DNA of 64,000 nucleotides from Nitrosopumilus sp. (GTDB lineage Archaea; Thermoproteota; Nitrososphaeria; Nitrososphaerales; Nitrosopumilaceae): NCBI GenBank assembly GCA_965219345.1, contig OZ244732.1, positions 1,184,001 to 1,248,000 of the forward strand, read 5' to 3'. Shown piece by piece: positions 60,513 to 64,000 of this stretch (position 1 is its first letter; each line of letters starts with the position of its first letter). The notes under the pieces were generated by a model. It saw only the letters and a program-made list of their open reading frames with translations, ran no database searches and was not told where the DNA came from. The position numbers and the translations under genes were made by a program.

Positions 60513-60848
60513 ATGATCATGTCTGATAATCAAGAACAATACATCAACTCTCTCAAGAAGATCAAAGAGGTTGAGGAAAATGTCCAGAAAGAAATTGATA
60601 ATCATAGAAAGAATATATCTGAAAAAATTTTTCAGTTCGATCCAGATTTAAAAAACGCCATTACATCAGCAAAGGCTGAAGGTGAAAAACTTGTAGAATC
60701 AAGCATGGAACAGTCAAGAAAAAAGGCTACTGCTGAAACAGAGAAAACAATTGCAGAAGCAAAGACCAAAGCTGAAAACATCTCTTCTCAAATTACGCCT
60801 CAAAACACCAAAGAAATCATAGATATTTTGCTAAAAGGAGTAGAATAA
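60513..60848 (+). CDS. V/A-type ATPase subunit H/G (peripheral stalk)
   Basis: Charged coiled-coil protein coupled to subunit I. Confidence 0.7.
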   Translation: MIMSDNQEQYINSLKKIKEVEENVQKEIDNHRKNISEKIFQFDPDLKNAITSAKAEGEKLVESSMEQSRKKATAETEKTIAEAKTKAENISSQITPQNTKEIIDILLKGVE

Positions 60849-62962
60849 TGGTGATGAAGCCTGTTCAAATGGCTTTGATAGCAATTTTAGGTTTAAGAAA
60901 AAATCGACAATCTGCTATTTCCATATTACACGATCTGAATGTTATCCAACTAGAACCATTATCAAAAGATGTTTCTACATTGTTAAGAAACGAACGTGAT
61001 GAGGAATTAACAAGAAATGTTTCGACTCAACTTTTGCGAGTAAAGGCATTATTGACTACTCTTCCCACAATTCCCGTAAAACTTCGTAAACGTTTTGCAT
61101 CGATAGATGAACTTTTGCAAATAGCCAGTTCAATTGATATCGATGACAAAGTTTCAACTATTGAAAAGAAAAAAGAATCTTTACTAACAGAAATAAAAGA
61201 CACGGAAAATAAAATCAAACTATTGGAAGAATTTGTTTTTTTTCCTGAAGATTTAAAAATTCTCCAATTATTATCTGCAAATTCTTATTTTGGCAGAATT
61301 GAATCAGAAAAATTTGAAGAATTTAACAAAGTTCTGCAAGAATATAAACAAGATATCTTCCTTTATTCAAAACAAGAAAAAAAAGTTACACAACTTGTGC
61401 TTGTTGTTTTTAAAAGTATTCCATCTGATGCTTTTGCCAATATTATTCAAACACATAATGTCAAAATTGAAGTAGTCCCAAATCTTGATGGAAAACCAAC
61501 TGACATTATAACAAAACAAAAAACTAATCTTGAGGAACTTAAACAAAAACTTAAAAATATCAATGAAGAACTAACCAAAATTTCAGAGGAACACTATGCT
61601 AATTTGGTTGTAGTCCGAGAGCAATTAGCGATTGAAAACAAAAAACTCGAAGTAATTTCAAATCTAGGCGTGACTGATGATGCTTTTGCATTAGAAGGTT
61701 GGGTTCCAAAGTCAAAAATTAACCAAATTGAAACAACATTGAAAAAACATACTTCTGGCACAACTGTTTACAAATTAGAAACAAAAGAGAAACCTCCCAC
61801 CTTACAGAATAATCCAAAAAGATATTTCAGATTGTATGAGGCGTTCATAAGATTCTATTCACTACCACAAGGCAGAGAATTTGATCCAACTATAATTTTT
61901 GCAATTGTCTTTCCTATATTTTATGGAATTATGATAGGCGACGTAGGTTATTGTGTTTTTATTCTTCTTGTTTGTTTATGGGTGATTAGACGTATTGAAA
62001 AAGGAAAACGTAATCTTAACATAATGCCGAAACAACTGCGAAGTTTTGCATTGTTAATATTGAAAAAAAGACAGATGTTAAAATTAGCAAAGGCAATGAT
62101 TCCAGGTTGTATTGCTGGTATAATTTTTGGGGTAATCTTTGATCTTTACTTTGGATTCCATGCTAACGGTTACGTATTTGATGCTCTAGCTAGTGTAGGA
62201 GTTACTGGTTTTCCTGAACCAGGTAGTGTATTGAATAGACCTTCACAAGCATTTTTCGATCCAATTGAAAGAGCAGGCAGTCTTTTGCTATACTCTGGAT
62301 ACATTGGCATTGGAATGGTATCATTAGGTCTTGTTATGGGGATACTAAACTGTCTAAGAGAGGGTGAAAAAAGAGAAGCCATTGGTAAAGTTGGTTGGTT
62401 AGCATTTGGTTGGGGGGTTGTTCTAGTTGGACTAGCTCTAATACATCAAGAAGCACTCAATCCTATGTGGCCTAGACTAATTGAGGTCAATCCTATCGCA
62501 TACATGTACTTTGGATTACTTTTTGGTGGAATTGCATTAATGTTCATTGGCGAAGGCGCTAAAGCCATAATGGAATTGGCATCTATTGTGAGTCACATAC
62601 TTTCCTATACTAGATTGATTGGAATATTATTAGCATCAGTCATCCTTGCACATACTACAGATTTCATTTTCCTAAAAGCACTGAACATTTCAATCCCGTT
62701 TATCGTTATTGGTTCCCTTATACTGGTTATAGGACATCTGTTCAATATTATTATCGGTGTCTTTGAACCTGGTATTCAGGGAGCAAGATTGGTTTACGTT
62801 GAATTCTTCTCTAAATTTTATCATGGCAACGGAAGACAATTCAATTCTTTTGGAAGTGGAAGAAAGTTTACAGAAAAACAATATGAATTAGAACAAGGTG
62901 TGACTCAACCAGAAAAGAAGAAACTAGTTAAACCAAAAATAAAGACTAGGTCAAAAAAATAA
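60848..62962 (+). CDS. atpI: V/A-type ATPase subunit I (a)
   Basis: EGWVP, DPT..FA..FP.F.G.MIGD.GY, SYTRL, RL.YVEFFSKFY. Confidence 0.95.
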   Translation: MVMKPVQMALIAILGLRKNRQSAISILHDLNVIQLEPLSKDVSTLLRNERDEELTRNVSTQLLRVKALLTTLPTIPVKLRKRFASIDELLQIASSIDIDDKVSTIEKKKESLLTEIKDTENKIKLLEEFVFFPEDLKILQLLSANSYFGRIESEKFEEFNKVLQEYKQDIFLYSKQEKKVTQLVLVVFKSIPSDAFANIIQTHNVKIEVVPNLDGKPTDIITKQKTNLEELKQKLKNINEELTKISEEHYANLVVVREQLAIENKKLEVISNLGVTDDAFALEGWVPKSKINQIETTLKKHTSGTTVYKLETKEKPPTLQNNPKRYFRLYEAFIRFYSLPQGREFDPTIIFAIVFPIFYGIMIGDVGYCVFILLVCLWVIRRIEKGKRNLNIMPKQLRSFALLILKKRQMLKLAKAMIPGCIAGIIFGVIFDLYFGFHANGYVFDALASVGVTGFPEPGSVLNRPSQAFFDPIERAGSLLLYSGYIGIGMVSLGLVMGILNCLREGEKREAIGKVGWLAFGWGVVLVGLALIHQEALNPMWPRLIEVNPIAYMYFGLLFGGIALMFIGEGAKAIMELASIVSHILSYTRLIGILLASVILAHTTDFIFLKALNISIPFIVIGSLILVIGHLFNIIIGVFEPGIQGARLVYVEFFSKFYHGNGRQFNSFGSGRKFTEKQYELEQGVTQPEKKKLVKPKIKTRSKK

Positions 62963-63012
62963 GAACAGAATCGAGATCATTCTTAAATAATCATTTCATA
63001 ATAAATAATTTA

Positions 63013-63408
63013 ATGGATTTCAATAAATTTTGCAGCGAAGTACTCAAACTTAATCCAAAGGTGAGATTTGCTGGAGTCTATAGTACTGTAAATGGTAACA
63101 TTTGGTATAAAATGCAAGAAGGAATTACAAAAATCTTTGACGATGAGCAAACTAAAGACTCTATGGTACATGGATACATGAGATGGAAAAACAGAATGCA
63201 TGCTGCAGACCTTATAGGTACGCCAATCTATACCATGACAAAATATCCAAAGATAAGTCGCATTACGTTACCTTGTGGTTCTAATGCGTTAATCATGATT
63301 AGTACGGAGGTCGACCTTGAACCTGTTGACATAGTTGATGATGTTTGCGAATTGCGAAAAAAGTATGAGGACGACAAAGACTATGAACCACGCAGTCAAA
63401 CATGCTGA
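63013..63408 (+). CDS. Roadblock/longin-like small protein typical of Nitrososphaerota
   Basis: L...VRFAGV...G, G...Y.MT.Y.K. Confidence 0.65.
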   Translation: MDFNKFCSEVLKLNPKVRFAGVYSTVNGNIWYKMQEGITKIFDDEQTKDSMVHGYMRWKNRMHAADLIGTPIYTMTKYPKISRITLPCGSNALIMISTEVDLEPVDIVDDVCELRKKYEDDKDYEPRSQTC

Positions 63409-63431
63409 CTCTATTTTGATATTTTAAAAAA

Positions 63432-63688
63432 TCAATAATACTCCTCATGAATATAGCACCACTTCCAAATATTCCCTGGAATTGCTCTCATTACCGGATG
63501 CCCAGTATCTTGAAAGTGCTTTGTTGCATGTTTTCCAATGATGAATCACAGCAACCAACATGTCCACATGTTAAACACATTCCAAGTGCAGCTACTGGGA
63601 GATGTTCTTTTTCACACTCTTCACAGCTTTTTGTGTTTGGCGGAATCCCTTCCTTTTCTTGGGAGAAATGATCACATTCTTTTGGCAT
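63432..63688 (-). pseudogene. UBP-type zinc finger protein, frameshifted
   Basis: C..C...CLTCGHVGCCDSS, then a 1-nt shift near 63538 into GKHATKHF..TGHPV...WKWCYIHE. Confidence 0.8.
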
Positions 63689-63778
63689 ATTGTTAGTTTT
63701 TGTAAAAAGTATATCAAGTGTATGATAATTTTGTGAATTTAGAAAAAATGTTTTATCTTGTTTTATTATGAATAATTA

Positions 63779-64000
63779 TTGGCAAAAATTGTAGTAATTG
63801 TTGGTTCCGTAAGATCTGAAAGACATGGAATTAAAGTTGCAAAATGGGTAGTTGGCAAACTAAAAGATAGAGGACACCAAGTTTCACTGGTAGATCCTGT
63901 GGAATTGGACTTGCTATTATTAGACAAAATGTACAAAGAGATGGACTCTCCTCCTGAAAAATTAAAGAACCTTCAAAAAATCACCAAAGAAGCTGATGGA
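63779..64000 (+). CDS. NADPH-dependent FMN reductase, 3'-partial
   Basis: KIVVIVGSVRSER.G..VAKW...LLD...ITKEADG; runs off the window end. Confidence 0.8.
   Translation, partial: MAKIVVIVGSVRSERHGIKVAKWVVGKLKDRGHQVSLVDPVELDLLLLDKMYKEMDSPPEKLKNLQKITKEADG

Noticed and set aside
1104-62881. Many short antisense or alternative-frame ORFs inside long genes (e.g. 13627..14010, 41710..41949, 44433..44792)
   Set aside because: They overlap well-supported genes, have no motifs and show antisense-type composition.

Overview
AT-rich archaeal chromosome segment whose gene content and order fit an ammonia-oxidising Nitrosopumilus-like archaeon (Nitrososphaerota). Core genes include nadA/nadC, rpoE1/spt4, Mrp, hppA, cyoE, CDC48, EF-1beta, pth2, truD, a DEAD-box helicase, pdaD, pepF and tRNA-Thr(TGT). 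A Thermoplasma-like K-E-C-F-A-B-D-H-I V/A-type ATPase operon lies at 54.2-63.0 kb. The two accessory regions (~31.9-41.4 kb and ~48.7-51.6 kb) each contain an IS6/IS240-like cargo transposon bounded by perfect GGTTCTG... terminal inverted repeats (34898-39066, 23 bp; 49178-51559, 19 bp). The most striking observation is that both elements carry methyltransferase/HNH defence cargo plus a non-canonical long-variable-arm tRNA gene beside the transposase. One has anticodon CAG (Leu) with a Ser-type G73; the other has anticodon CCT (Arg) with a type II body. They are candidate identity-mismatched tRNAs spread by transposons. Other signals: a G12 tract that puts a methyltransferase-HNH gene out of frame with its coupled start codon (candidate phase variation); a 901-bp duplication of the partner gene of a secreted protease, in which all 18 differences I found are non-synonymous; and several unannotated small zinc-finger ORFs and structured RNAs. 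All calls come from manual reading, with no database searches.
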